Origin: Rhizodiscina lignyota
Lineage: Eukaryota
Direction of reading: 5' to 3'
Assembly (NCBI GenBank): GCA_010015805.1
Contig: ML978121.1
Coordinates: 1,550,001-1,614,000 of the forward strand
DNA length: 64,000 nt
The notes under the pieces were generated by a model. That model made no database searches and had not been told where the DNA came from. It was given only the letters and a program-made list of their open reading frames with translations. Made by a program: the position numbers and the translations under genes. This document shows positions 35,208-48,011 of the stretch, in pieces (the first letter of the stretch is position 1; every line of letters starts with the position of its first letter).

Positions 35208-37363
35208 ATGGCCAGCGAAGGAGGAGTCAAACGACCAGGAAGAGTCGTAACGGCATGTACAGAATGCCAACGACGTAAACAAAAAGTTGTTATCCTTGGA
35301 TACCCGCTGACAATCCAGGAAGCTGATCCCCCTCGCAGTGCGACCGCAAAAGGCCTTGTAACTTTTGCGAAGCAAGAGATGTTGGTAGTAAATGCATCTA
35401 TATCAATCAAGGTAAGATAAAACATTTCATAGCCGACTTGCTTCACTATGTTTCGTGTTATTGCAGGCATTCAAGGTGTTCGTTTTGCTGTGAAAGAATC
35501 ACTAATACTAGTGACAATTCAGTCGCGAAAGCATCCAATTTGTGTCTCAGCCTCCAGCACCACATCGAAAATGATCAACGATCTGAGCTTGCGTTGAAGA
35601 GCGAGGAGTTAAAGAATGAGCAGGAAAGCCTTCTTCATGGAGACTTGGGAGATCTCCTTCAAGATGACAACTGGTTCAGAGCTGCCACTTATGATCGAAA
35701 GGCTTTTCGAACCCTTCATGATCAGCAACAAAGAGCTGCTGATATTATCCAACGACTTCCTTCACCGGAAATCATGAATGAATTGGTCCACAACTTCTTC
35801 AATGAAGTCCATTGGTTCTATATCATGCCCGATAAGGACCTCTTTACCGAAGATCTCTCTCGGTGGCTCGCCGCTTACCCCCATGGTTCCAAAATCGAGA
35901 CATTCACGAAAGATATGGAAGCCTTTCCAGCGGTCTTATTCCAGATTCTCGCCCTAAGCCTCCATTTTACGACACCAGATTGCACAGCAGCAGACACACT
36001 GGCTGTGAGAGATCCCACTAGTTCCGACAGGCTCTCAAGATACTTTAGTGACGCTGGTATGGAGTTGCTCGACACCTTAGGCCGCCATAATCCTAGCATA
36101 ATGTTTGTTCAAGCAGATTTTCTCCGCACAGCTTGGCTTAAAAATTGCGGCCGTTCAACGGAGGCGTGGCAGACCTTGGGGACGGCTATAAGGCAAGCAC
36201 AGGAGCTTCGCCTTCACCGAAAGGGCAAGTTGAAGAAATATTCTACAGATGAAGAGGAACAGAGAGCCATGTGGTACGATGAATACAAGAGCCGACTTTG
36301 GGCCGGACTGTTTGCCTGGGACAGCTTACTAGCGTGGGTACAAGGCCGATCCCGCCGTATTCACATCAATGACTGCGACGTGCCACCGCCGAGGGATCGC
36401 TGCTCTGCAACTAAGATGACCCGGTTTATCTCTCAAAACAAAAACGATTCAAAAGACAGAGATCCCGTCATCACCGGCCTCTTATTTCATTATACGATCT
36501 CTCAATTGGTTCACAATATGCGAGACGCGCATGTTGAGAGGGATCTGGGTGAGAAGTATGACAGTGTCCGACAACTGCATCAAGAAGTACTATCTCTGCT
36601 TGAGAATCTGCCGGATATCCTCAGTCCATACAAGACGAACACCTCTTGGGATGCAGCCATGCCCAATCTTCCACGCCAACGAGAGCAATTGTTTAGCTTA
36701 ACTCATCACACGTTGATGGGCTTGCATCGTGCTCAAATCGCCAATCATGTCGAAAGTCGAACCGAGTTTACGAACTCCGCAATGCTGTGTCTCGAGTCGC
36801 AAGAACGTTTCTTCCGAATGACTCCAAGGCACCAGTACAGACTCTACGGACTGATGTACTACACAATTGACGCTGCAATCATGCTGTCGGCAATAACTGT
36901 TACTTACCCTCCCGAAGATCCTGTACTCCGCAGGCGCACATCTGATAATCTGCAAAAGGCTATCGAGCGTTTGGAGTTGATGAAGGACTGCAACCCAACA
37001 GCAACCTCGGGCTTGAAGCTCATCAATCGGTGCTACCAGAAAGTCAGAGATGTGCTAGACACCAACCTGCCGTGGCAGGGAGACTTGGTGTCTGAAATAC
37101 CGAGATCAATTGGAGCACTCTCAACGCCAAATGCTGAGCACGGCGATACACTCACGAAGTCAGGAGCGCCTCCTGATATGGCGCAGGACATCCAAGGAGC
37201 AGATCGAAACGAACTCATCTCAACGGCATTGTTTGATGAGTTGTCAAATGAGACTTTCGATGATGCCTTCTTGCTTGATCAGTTGAACCCATTGCCCGCT
37301 CTACCCTTCGGGGAATCCACGATATTCGACTGGGAGTCTTTGTTCCACGACGCAAACTCATGA
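35208..37363 (+). CDS. Zn(II)2Cys6 transcription factor with fungal TF middle homology region
   Basis: ACTECQRRKQK|CDRKRPCNFCEARDVGSKC across an intron; AWQTLGTAIRQAQELRLHR; RLWAGLFAWD. Confidence 0.92.
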
Positions 37364-37629
37364 AAGTACGCTGCACATCCATTCACACTACGGCATACTC
37401 TACGTAGCTCCATGGCAGATTGCTATGCAGATGTAAAATTGCAGGACTATTCAATAATAATATCAAAGAGCGTCGTAAGAGCGAACCATCCAATGCTGGA
37501 ACAATTGGCCGCAACAAAGCAGTACCTTCCACGGATCGTATGACGGGCCTTTGGCATCTCTCTTCCAAGCCATGATGCGATCACAGTGCAGTCTTGTAGC
37601 ACTCGTTCAGTCTGAGAAAGTCCTTTGTT

Positions 37630-38718
37630 TCAGAATTCCTCGTGATTCTCGTTCACGAGGCAATACCTGTATCGCGGCTTGCCCGCATCCAAATCCATCA
37701 TCGCCTGATTCGCCTCTTGCAACGGACGCAGCTCAATCCAAGGGTGGATATTCTTCTTCACTGCAAAGTCCAACATCTCCCGGATTTCGGCTCGACTGCC
37801 AATGATTGAGCCGCCAATCTTTGCACGCTTGGGGAGAAGAGCGAAAGCGTTGAAGCCAGGAAGATTATCTTCGGGTGCTCCCACTTGGATGAACTGACCA
37901 CGAAATTTCAGGAGTGAAAGATATCCGGATAGCGGCATGTTTGGTGACGAAGTGGTCGAAATGATGAGATCAAGCGAGTTCGAAAGGCGACTAGCTCCGG
38001 AATCCCAACCCTTCTCTTCGGAAGTAGCCAGGAAGTCATCCGCTCCGAGTTTCTTCGCGTCCTCTTTCTTTGCATTTGAGCGTGAGATCACGACCACCTT
38101 GTCAGCCCCAAGAGCTTTAGCAAAGAGAACCCCAAAGTGACCCAGACCTCCCAGCCCGATGATACCAACTTTCTTCCCAGGGCCACATCCTTCGCGCTTC
38201 AACGGAGCGTAGACTGTAATGCCGGCACATAGCATCGGACCGACCTCGTGGGAGGGAAGCTCCACTGGTATACGGAAGATGAATCGGCCAGCCGTGCGAC
38301 TGTAGTTTGCGTATCCACCATAGCTTTTACTTCCATCAGGCCAGTTGCTACCGAAGGTTGAAATAGTGTTGGGGCAGTAGCTCTCTTGCCCGTCGGCGCA
38401 GGCTTCGCAATCTGGCTTCAGGCACGAATCTGCCTGAGCACCAACGCCGACCCTATCGCCGACCTTCACATGATCGACGTTCTTGCCGACACGAACGGCC
38501 CTGCCAACGATTTCGTGGCCAACAACACATGGATAGGGTGTAAATCCCCATCCGTTGCGTAGAGTGTGCAAGTCTGCGCCGCACATGCCGCAATGCGTGA
38601 TGCGTATGTCGACATCGTGGTCCGTGAATGGCTTTGGTTCGTATTCCTGCCATTTCATATTCCCGACAGCCTCCTTGTCGAGACCGCACCATCCCTCGAA
38701 CCTGTAATCGATCGACAT
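37630..38718 (-). CDS. NADP-dependent zinc alcohol dehydrogenase (Adh6/cinnamyl-alcohol dehydrogenase type)
   Basis: CGMCGADLH, GHEIVG, structural Zn cysteines, PMLCAGITVYAPL, GLGGLG, C-terminal GKPRYR. Confidence 0.95.
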   Translation of the reverse strand: MSIDYRFEGWCGLDKEAVGNMKWQEYEPKPFTDHDVDIRITHCGMCGADLHTLRNGWGFTPYPCVVGHEIVGRAVRVGKNVDHVKVGDRVGVGAQADSCLKPDCEACADGQESYCPNTISTFGSNWPDGSKSYGGYANYSRTAGRFIFRIPVELPSHEVGPMLCAGITVYAPLKREGCGPGKKVGIIGLGGLGHFGVLFAKALGADKVVVISRSNAKKEDAKKLGADDFLATSEEKGWDSGASRLSNSLDLIISTTSSPNMPLSGYLSLLKFRGQFIQVGAPEDNLPGFNAFALLPKRAKIGGSIIGSRAEIREMLDFAVKKNIHPWIELRPLQEANQAMMDLDAGKPRYRYCLVNENHEEF

Positions 38719-40642
38719 GCTTGAGTTTAAGAAGTATAAAATGCCGGATGCGTAGATGCAAAGAGAATGCAATCGAAGAAATCAAGTGTTTTTGCAGACT
38801 GTAGATTGTTGGTCACATTGGAACTAACGGAACATACGCAACAAGGTGAATATATACCCTTTCACTTACCAACACCGACTCCACTCAGTGCGTTAGTGTA
38901 GCGGAGCTCAACAGCCTACGCCATCCTTCGTCATGGATGTATCGGGCTTAAGAAGACCTGTGGGACAGATAATGCGTTCTAAGGGACCAAGGCAGCTCGC
39001 TGGCGCTTGTTTCTTCCAGGAATTTTCGTCCTGGCGTTGCTGGAGACGCAGTACTAAAGCATGGCACTTTCAAGTGCCATTGATTAGATTGATTAGATTC
39101 GGCCGAGGAGAAACTTCGGGTAAATACTCAACGAATGAGAGTTCTTCCACTGCTTGACGAAAATCAGTCGAATACATCAACGATGTTGTTAACCGGATTT
39201 TGTGCGGCTGTAGGAGATTACAAGGCGTTAAGAGTATCGCTTGGAAGAAGTAGCTCATTTCCCTCATTTACTTCAACCGTATTGCCTCCTCGGACCTGCT
39301 GAATATTCCGAGCATGAAGATCAGAATGACACCCACACATGGAAAGACCGGGAAAGTCGACATTGGGGCCATAACTTTCGATCCAGAGGGCTATAGAAGT
39401 GTCTGGGTCTTCGCGAAAGAGGAACTTTTGTCGCAGCGATTCTCCTCGATCCTCCCGGAAAGGTACAGCAAACTCTCGGCACATTGAAGCGCGACTGAAC
39501 AAAAGGTCGCTTTGTCCTAAACATCAACTGGAGCTCAGAAATGCACACACAAGAGGGAAGCATAAGCAGGGTATGAAATAGACAGAGAACATGGCCATCC
39601 GTGGGAGCCCAGCGAAGACAGGTCCTACGTATAGTCTTCAGTTCGACCACTTTTGTTGCATCAAATTCCCAAGTAGTGGGCCGTCGTGATTGGTAAAGAG
39701 AGCTTGCTCCTGAAGGATCATATTCCGCGTAGGCGGAGGTGGGAACGTGGTGCTGCTGTCAAGAAGTTCGTTTCGAAGTTTGGCCGCTGAGGCAGGACAA
39801 CGGACCAGTTCCGAGGCCGTGTAGAAGGTCCTGTGGAACGCCTTGTTTTACCGCGTGTCATTCTTTGCTTGATCCTCAGAGACCTTTCCTTCCAATGGAG
39901 AGACACAGTCAGGCCGCTTGCCCGGCCGCAAGCCTCCACTTCCCCGGCATTGGTGAGCTTGTTTCATCCACAAAACTCAATGACAAAAGCCACTTGTGGT
40001 GCTATTGTTAGGCATGTAGTGTTTGCGACACGAAACATAGTTGTCGAAACGGAGAAGACGCGCTTGGTGAGAAAGGCCAGGAACACGTCGCAGCGAACCG
40101 CTCTGCCAAGCTTCTTGCAAGCGCCAACCGCATCGTTTCCCGAAGTTTAGCCGGAGTCGCCGCAGGGTCTTACAGGGATTCAGTCACCAATGAACTTCAC
40201 GACGCTCAATTGAACATGACCATAGCATGCGACACGGACTGAGGTCGCTCAGAGCTACTTAATGTCATGCATCACCAGGTAGGACTCTCGATACAAGTGC
40301 TATCTCCAAGTTTCTACCTTGTTCGGCCTCTTTGTTCTTTGTGTTCGTGAGGCGTTGACGCTTCCTCCTTTTTCCTTATTGTGTGGCCGGTGTTGCTTCC
40401 ATTGTTGCAATTACATTCCATTCTCCATTGTGACTGCCTCACCATAATTTTTACATTCCTTAATATATCCACAGCTTCGGTCTTTGCTTCTGCATCTTCG
40501 CAACTTCTTCAAGTTATCATCACACCTTCCGGAAAGGGCTCCCCAGCTTTCTTCAAAGCTCCACCAAGCACTCAACCCGCTCTTCAGACCCAGCATTCCG
40601 CTACCAACCACAACTCCTCCGACACCAGTAAAGACCAGCATC

Positions 40643-41110
40643 ATGTTCGGCATCGGCGCTACTGAAGGCGTGTCCGGCGGCACCATGATTCATCTCATCC
40701 TTCGCATGGTTCTCCGCGTCCTACAGTTCATCCTCTCCCTCGTCGTTGTCGGGATCTATGGTACCGAACTTAAGGTAGTCCACTATTCAGTACGCTATGA
40801 ATATGCGGTCGTCGTCGCTGCCCTCTCTGCGCTCACCGCCGTCATCTTCCTCATCCCGAAGATTAAATCGTTTATCTTCTTTATCTGGGACTTCATCCTC
40901 TTCATTCTCTGGGTGGGCGTCTTCGGCTCCATGGGCAAACAATTCATCAACCCGAAGGACAAGAAGGACGCAGAAAATACAAAAATGAGGAACACGGTCT
41001 GGCTCGATGCCGTGCTCATGGTATTCTGGTTCACATCCTGCGTCGCGGGCGCTCTTGTCTTCTTGAAGCACCGACGGGAGGTCAAGGCGATGAACCACGC
41101 GAACGTCTAG
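40643..41110 (+). CDS. MARVEL-like four-TM membrane protein
   Basis: LRVLQFILSLVVVGIYG; YAVVVAALS; WDFILFILWVGVFG; four TM helices. Confidence 0.8.
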   Translation: MFGIGATEGVSGGTMIHLILRMVLRVLQFILSLVVVGIYGTELKVVHYSVRYEYAVVVAALSALTAVIFLIPKIKSFIFFIWDFILFILWVGVFGSMGKQFINPKDKKDAENTKMRNTVWLDAVLMVFWFTSCVAGALVFLKHRREVKAMNHANV

Positions 41111-41457
41111 AGTGGAGAGCGCGATGCAAATCGGATCGAAATCATCGAGGAGGGGGGAAGTGGAATCGACCCTTTGCATCATGGATTGAAGCTCACGCAG
41201 CAGAGCACAGCTTCTGGTTTGGTATGAGTCTGCTTGGTATGGATTTTCTGCTGTTTCTAGAGCGTGATACCATTCTGCGCTTCCTAAAGGCACGACGAGG
41301 CTTTTGTCAGCTTTCATGTTTCGTATTTCTACATATCGCAAGAGCAATCAAGTCTTACACCCGATTTAGCTCTTTCGCTTCTCAAATGCTCCAGTGACGC
41401 CACTCCTGTATGTCAATATTTACAAATGGATATCATATCAGAGTTATCAATACCTTC

Positions 41458-42771
41458 TCACAGTCTCCCTTTAGGTGCTAGCCCAGGATGGTCGTTTGCG
41501 AGCTTGTCAAGTGCTCGTACTCTGTCCATCCAGTCGTCCGAAAGCTTCTTCTCGAACGGAGGACCCTTCTTCCTCGCTTCCCAATCCTCTTTCCATCTTC
41601 TTGACATCTCATTTAGCCACTCTACACTGGCCTCCGCTGTCTCTTCAGGCTTGATCAACGATACGGCATGACCCGCTCCATCCACAGTAGTGCTGGTCAG
41701 CTGCCCCTTCTCCATCCCTCCCCCAGCCAGTTCCGCGCTGCCGAATCGACGGTAGAATGACTCCTTAAAATCTGGTACATTGCTAAGAAAGCTCTTGTTA
41801 CCCCACACGAAATGCACTGGACATGGCACGTGTTTTGAAGCTTCGTGGAACATTGGGCCTTCGAGAATATGAAAGCCCTGCACCACCCTGGAGGCGGGAA
41901 TCGGCGCCTCGTATGGCGGATATGGTGGAATGCCCTTCAGCGGAGGATCGCCACGTCCCCAGTGATGCGCCTCCACAAATTTGGGCGTGGCCAGCGTCAC
42001 ATAGCTTGAGGACTCGTCACTAACCTCCCGCAGCTCCGCCGCAAACGCTTTCTCTCGTACTCGGGGGTCCATCTGCGCGTAATACGGCGTCTTATTCAAA
42101 TGCCTTTTTGCGTCGTCCATAGTCGCCCATCGATCAGGCCGGCGGCTCACCATTGCTCCTGGAAAGAATTTGGGCGGTGCCGGCCAGTTGACCACACGCG
42201 TGTTGAAGTCGGCCCCCATGAGCGGATGCCCTGGACCAAGCGCTGGTTCTAGCGCCAGAATTCCGGCGAACAGGCGCGGATGCCACGTTGAGAGCACAAT
42301 CATGTGTCCTGCACCCCACGACTCACCGACGCCGATGATGGGAGGCGGCAGCTGCGACTGGAAAGTGTTGATGAGGTGGTACAGATCGCGCGTGTGGTCG
42401 AGCCAATGCGGTTCGTCGCCTACGAGGTCCTCATTCAGGCGATACGACTCGGCGACATTCCATGGATCTGCGATCCAGATATTTCGGATGCGGAAAGCAG
42501 CGTCCTGTTTACCGTCCTGGTTTTGTTTCTCGGACTGGGATAGCAAGGCGTCAAAGAAAGGCTCGAAGGACTCTTTTGAGGCACAGATTCCGCCCGACAC
42601 GATGAGAGTTACATCTCCAGGTGAAGGAGAGATATTGTTTAGCGGGGTGAATTGTTTAACGGCAAGCCGGAGAGGTCGGGGTAGAAAGTCGGAGACAGCG
42701 CCGCGAGGGTAGCCACGGAGATTGGAAGCTGTGGTCATGTGCTTGGTGACCTTCCATTTATCGGTCGACAT
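41458..42771 (-). CDS. Alpha/beta hydrolase (Lpx1-like), likely peroxisomal
   Basis: LRLAVKQFTP, KESFEPFFD, IRNIWIAD, W.DHTRDL, nucleophile elbow GESWG, late His in GAGHAV, C-terminal PTS1-like GRL. Confidence 0.85.
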   Translation of the reverse strand: MSTDKWKVTKHMTTASNLRGYPRGAVSDFLPRPLRLAVKQFTPLNNISPSPGDVTLIVSGGICASKESFEPFFDALLSQSEKQNQDGKQDAAFRIRNIWIADPWNVAESYRLNEDLVGDEPHWLDHTRDLYHLINTFQSQLPPPIIGVGESWGAGHMIVLSTWHPRLFAGILALEPALGPGHPLMGADFNTRVVNWPAPPKFFPGAMVSRRPDRWATMDDAKRHLNKTPYYAQMDPRVREKAFAAELREVSDESSSYVTLATPKFVEAHHWGRGDPPLKGIPPYPPYEAPIPASRVVQGFHILEGPMFHEASKHVPCPVHFVWGNKSFLSNVPDFKESFYRRFGSAELAGGGMEKGQLTSTTVDGAGHAVSLIKPEETAEASVEWLNEMSRRWKEDWEARKKGPPFEKKLSDDWMDRVRALDKLANDHPGLAPKGRL

Positions 42772-43670
42772 GATCACGGGGGTCAGATACGACCTGATTG
42801 AAGGAAGGAAGAGATTCAAGGAGAGAGTGTTACTCTGCAGATCTGGTATATGGTAGTCGAAAGAGAACCGAGGCCCTGCTCGGCGTTTTCTCTTTTGTTT
42901 AGTGAATATCCGCCCCCTACACTTGAAATCCCGCGGAAAGTTCAAGAGACTAATTTCTTATGAGTTCGTATACTCCACGGTCTATGTATTTGTGATAAGA
43001 GATGAAGAGCAATGACTATGGGGAACATGTAGAGATCCAAGATAGAAAGGCTGCCGTCATGAAATATCACAACTTCAATGAGCCTAAAAACATAGACTCT
43101 TGGAAAGATTTGATATCATCTTCCAGACTAAATTGAGACAAGAGAGTGTGTAAAAGTTAGATCGCTTCGTAGATGGAACCTTGTGACTGGTTAGGTAATT
43201 GTGGCGGACCTGCGGAGTCAGCGGATGTCAATGTCTGGGCAGGGCGCACGCATAGACCTGCAAACAAATTCCGAAGCATTTCAAGTTCCGCGGGCCGTTT
43301 GCTAAACCATACCAATGCGCCTGGAAAAAGTCGAGTGTGGCTTATACTCGGGTGTTGGACGAAGCGTTTTCACATGAAATAGAGCATCGCCGACGTACCG
43401 AAACGTGCAACTACCAAGTCGAAGACGTCAGGACATACAAAATCATTAAAATCTCAACAAGTTTCAGGGACCTAGCGAATCGGTCTCGGCCAGATTAAGA
43501 ACGATGACGAAAGAGTATGATGGAGCTGGCTCAGATACTTAAATTAGTTCTTCTCACCATAATGAAGTATTTCGTAAACAAAGCCTATTCATTCCCAACA
43601 AGCTGCTGCAGGAACATCAGTTTCATTCTTGACAAGCTGTATAAGGATTGCCGGCAAACATATTTCAGTT

Positions 43671-43976
43671 ATGGCGCCGAATCCCTCAAAGCCTCACTCG
43701 CAGACTGTCCGCGGCACACTGGACAATCCAAAGACGAAAGACGCCATGAATAAAGGCCAAGAGAAGAACCGTACGCAACTTGGCGATCCGGTATCATTGC
43801 GCGCGGAGATATCTGATTCGGAGCCAACCGAGGGAGATCGAGGTGCAGCGTCTGCCTCCAGAGACGCCCAGGAGCAAGCGAAGAGCAGGTTGGAAAGGGG
43901 AGATGAAGACGGTCAGGGCAGGGACAGGCTGTATGAAGAGAAAAGGGGAAAGCTCGGTGCCAAGTCGAGGCTGTAA
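43671..43976 (+). CDS. Small hydrophilic hypothetical protein with PTS1 (SRL)
   Basis: 101-aa ORF; QLGDPVSLRAE segment; ends AKSRL. Confidence 0.7.
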   Translation: MAPNPSKPHSQTVRGTLDNPKTKDAMNKGQEKNRTQLGDPVSLRAEISDSEPTEGDRGAASASRDAQEQAKSRLERGDEDGQGRDRLYEEKRGKLGAKSRL

Positions 43977-44399
43977 AAGGTCTATTGACTCGCGATCTTT
44001 AGGTCGGTTACGAGTTCTGCATTTGAGATTGTCTTCTATCGAATCTCATCAGTGCCTATGATTCTGCAATACAGCTTCTGGCAAAAAGCAAGGCAGCTCC
44101 TGCGCAGTCTGCACCGACCGAAGATGAAATTCATCCTGGCAATTCCATGTCTCTACTGTGCGGTATTGGTATCCCCATGCAAGCCCACCATCCATATGAA
44201 ATCATGCAGGCTTGAGTGTCCAGGAATCCATGGCACCGAGTAGAGATCGCTTTCCTAACAAACGCCAGCGCTATACAGAAGCGCTCGAATCCTAAGCACA
44301 CTCATCCGGATCGGGAATATGCACCTAATCCCAAGTGTACTCGTCTTGATCGAGGCTGTACTCGTCGTATATAGAGGGACCTATCGCTGGTAATAACAA

Positions 44400-45080
44400 T
44401 CACCTGAGGTCATCTACGAGAGCCCTACCGTAGCCTCCACGTCCGGGATCGAACTCCTGCCGATACTCATCTCTGACCTGACCACCGCTCTTGCCACGTC
44501 CATATTGGCGACCTTCGGCGAAACCTTCGTCCAAGTCGGTCCTGATGATGCGCTCGTCCAGCTTGGTGCCCCCAATGTACTTCATGCAATCCAACGCGTC
44601 TTGATGGGTGTAGTACTCGACGAAGCAGAAGCCGCAGGGAGTCTTTTGGAAGCGATCGAGGCCCATGACGAGGCGTTTGATTTCACCGCATCTAGTTCAA
44701 GTATCAGAGCTTTGCCAGTTGGGAGACAAGTAGGAGTGAATCATACTTGGAGAACAATTCGTGGATCTGCTCTTCGGTGGTGTAGAAGGACCTGCACATA
44801 TGTTAGAAATTGATGCTTTCACTCGGTCTGATTTGATGCAACGTACAGATTACCAACATAGAGGGTTGTTGCTTCACGGAGCTTCTCCTCCCATTCTGGA
44901 GTCTTGTTGCGATCGCGATTCAGCGCGTCTTCTTCGTCGCGATTGTGGCGGCGCTTCTTGTTCTGCGATCGTTAGTTCTACCAGTGAATCAAGTGTAGGC
45001 CATCTTACCTTAGCTGCCGTGTACGAAGAAGGCTTGTCAAGCCTGTCCACGGTATTTCGGGTGGACTTGTACTTGGGCAT
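44400..45080 (-). CDS. CBC2: Nuclear cap-binding protein subunit 2 (CBP20), multi-exon
   Basis: [80 protein letters not shown]. Confidence 0.95.
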
Positions 45081-45286
45081 TGTGGTGGTTGTGTGGAGAC
45101 TGTTTGTCGACGCGCAAAGTGGATGCTTTAAGTTAAACTATGGCAGCTCCGAAGATTTGCCGGCCGCGGCTGGCAGCTGCAATCCTCTGCATAGCTCTAG
45201 CTCGAATAATCTCCATCCTTGCCTTGCAACAATACACGCGTTTACACTCCACGCTGGAGGCTCGCAGGCTCGAAAATAACTTCGCC

Positions 45287-48011
45287 ATGCCTCGAGCGCT
45301 CAGTTACACGCCATCTTGGCTTTCGCGACCTTCACCGGGCTTCGATGTCTTTTCTGGCAGGAGCGAAACCAAACCCGCGAATGGAAATGGCATCCAAGGA
45401 CTGACTGGTCCGCTGAAGACAATTGCGCGCAGAGGCACGGAAGTGTTCGTGGCCAATGGCAAAGAGATACGCTGGACCGATCTGGTATTGCTTAAGGAGA
45501 ATGACGAGGGCAGAAGAGAACAGTTTGGCGATTCGTTCAGTTCAGAGACACCTCCGCAGCTGGACGACGACAGCAGCTATGTGGTATATTGAACAAAACA
45601 AAGTTTGGGACTTGAGTACTAACTGCGTATAGATTCTCCGACCGCAAGTCTCGGGCCAAATCATACAACTCGTCATGTCCCCAAGAGAAGACTATCTTGC
45701 CATCCTCACGCCGCACACCGTCCACATCGCCATCCTGCCAGACTCTACCGACCTCACAGCTCGTGGAGGCGACACCATGCGCCCGAAGACATACCAGATC
45801 GGACCTACAGCTCACGTGAGCGAGAATAAACCTGTGGCTGCGGCTTTGTGGCATCCGTTGGGCGAGCGGGGAAACTGCCTGGTGACGGTTACGGAGGATG
45901 GCATCGTGCGACTGTGGGAAGTCTATGAGAATGACCGAAGCTCATTTTCCGAAGCAACTTTGGCTTTTGACCTGAAAAAGTTGGCAAATGCGGCGTCCGA
46001 AGAAGAGAATCTTAGCAGGTCTATATCTCGGTACGATCAAGGAAAGAACTTCACACCGGACTCGTTTGAAATGGAGGTCGCTTCCGCATGCTTTGGTGGC
46101 TCAGGTCGATATGGGGAAGCACCATGGGCAAGCATGACACTTTGGATTGCGATGAAGGGCGGCGATGTGTATGCGCTGTGTCCGCTCTTGCCCTCAAAAT
46201 GGCAACCACCAAGCTCGATGGTCCCAGCCTTGTCACTAGCATTGAAAGCAAAGGTTCAAGAGCAAGAATCCGAGGGCGATAGTTGGTCTCAAGAGGATCA
46301 TTATACCGTCGACATGCAGGCTAAGTGGATCCAAGACATTGAAAGTCAAGATCCTCTTTTGTCAAGTACGATGACAGCCTTTGGAAATGCTGCAGTCTAC
46401 AAGAGACCGTCACGTCCTGGACCGGTTCCGAAATTGCAAGGACCTTTTCTCATAGAACCGGAAGTCGATACGGACTTTGAGCTGACAGACATAATTGTCA
46501 CGGGACTCAAAGCGGAGAAGCAGGACAAGGAGCTTGCAGACGAATTCGACGAACCAGATTTCCAAGAGGAACAGCAAGGCGCAGGATCAGTGGTCTGCCT
46601 TCTGAGCAGCAGCGCCAATGTCATTGTCTGCCTGGATCTTGATGGTATAGAAGCCGAATGGTTACCTCAACGTTCATCCAGCAGTTCCAGCCGTCGCTTC
46701 CAACTGGAAGAATGCACCCAGTCTCTCCTTCTACTCGATGCAATCTCCCTGATCTCGAACTCGACCGTTCAAGTCTGCACTCCAGCCTTCACCGCCGACA
46801 TCAATAACAACTACTCATTTTTCGTCACTCACGATCTCGGCGTGTCCTTCGTATCCCTAAGCTCCTGGCTCGATCGCCTCGTCGAGGAGATGACAGACGG
46901 TAGCGACAAGCCCTCAGACTTCCGGGTAAATCTACTCGTCGCGGAGGACCGCTACCTGTTGGAACACCCGATCAGTTTCTCGCAAACAGTCGAGTCCTCC
47001 CCGGCGGCCAACCCGGCCGTAGCTGTGGTCATTGAAGACTCAGACATCGGCTACGTACTCATTGCCTCCGCAAACAACCAGCCCTACGCCTGCATCTTCG
47101 ATACCCCAAACTCCCTTGCCCTGGCCGACGACCTGGGCGATCTTGCAATAACTCATGACGAACTTCCCGCGTCGGCGCGAGAACTGGCAGAGCCGCGACC
47201 ATATTACCAGACGAACCAGGCCTTCTACTCAGACCTGCAGATTCCGTTCTTCATCGACAGAGGCGTGCCGGAGCGTCATAGGAGGATCCCAAACGAAGAG
47301 ATCAGGCTGAGCGAGGCGGCCTCCAATATTATGAGTGATGCACACAATATCGCACTGGCCGACACGGACCTATTACTGGACGCGGTGTCTGAGCTGTTCC
47401 GCTGGTCTGAGAGGACGATTGGTCAGTGGAGAGAGGTCGTCCAGAAAGCGGCAGAGGTCAATATGCGGATCGATCATGTCATTGGCAATAGTGCCCAGGA
47501 TGAGGACTTTGAAGATAGGGGGCGTGATGGGAATGAGGAGATGGATGAGGGTGGCATGACGAGGGAAGTCATCGAGAGGAGGTTGGATGTTGTGAGGAGA
47601 AGGAGGGATGAGTTGTTGAGGAGGTACGAGGATGTCAAGAGGAAGATGAGGGGGGTGAGTGCAAAGGAGTTGAGCGAGAAAGAGAAGGCTTGGATAGATG
47701 AGGTTCAAAGCACGGCAAGGGACGTTGGAGAAGATCTTGAAAGTGAAGAAAGTGGCAGGAATGCGGCCGAGACCAAGCTCACACGGCGTCTCGAGGATGC
47801 TAAGAAGTTGGCCGAAGAATTGGTCGCGCAAGGAAGAGATGTTGCGGCGCAAGCGGCGAGCGATCTGGAACGCAGCAGGGAGATCAAAGTCCCCGACGCT
47901 TTGAGGAGGCAGGGCGTGCAGAGGGTAATGGATCTCTTGGAGCGGGAGAACGCATTGGTTGAGCGGGTTGGGGAGAGAGTGGAAGAATTGACAGTGAGGA
48001 CTACGGGCTAG
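45287..48011 (+). CDS. NUP82: Nucleoporin Nup82/Nup88-like, 2 exons
   Basis: MPRALSYTPSWLSRPSPGF; beta-propeller motifs ALWHPLG..CLVTVTEDGIVRLWE and LWIAMKGGDVYALCPLLP; C-terminal coiled coil LSEKEKAWIDEV. Confidence 0.88.

Noticed and set aside
38800..40600. Several short ORFs between the ADH and MARVEL genes
   Set aside because: No recognisable motifs; consistent with divergent promoter and UTR sequence
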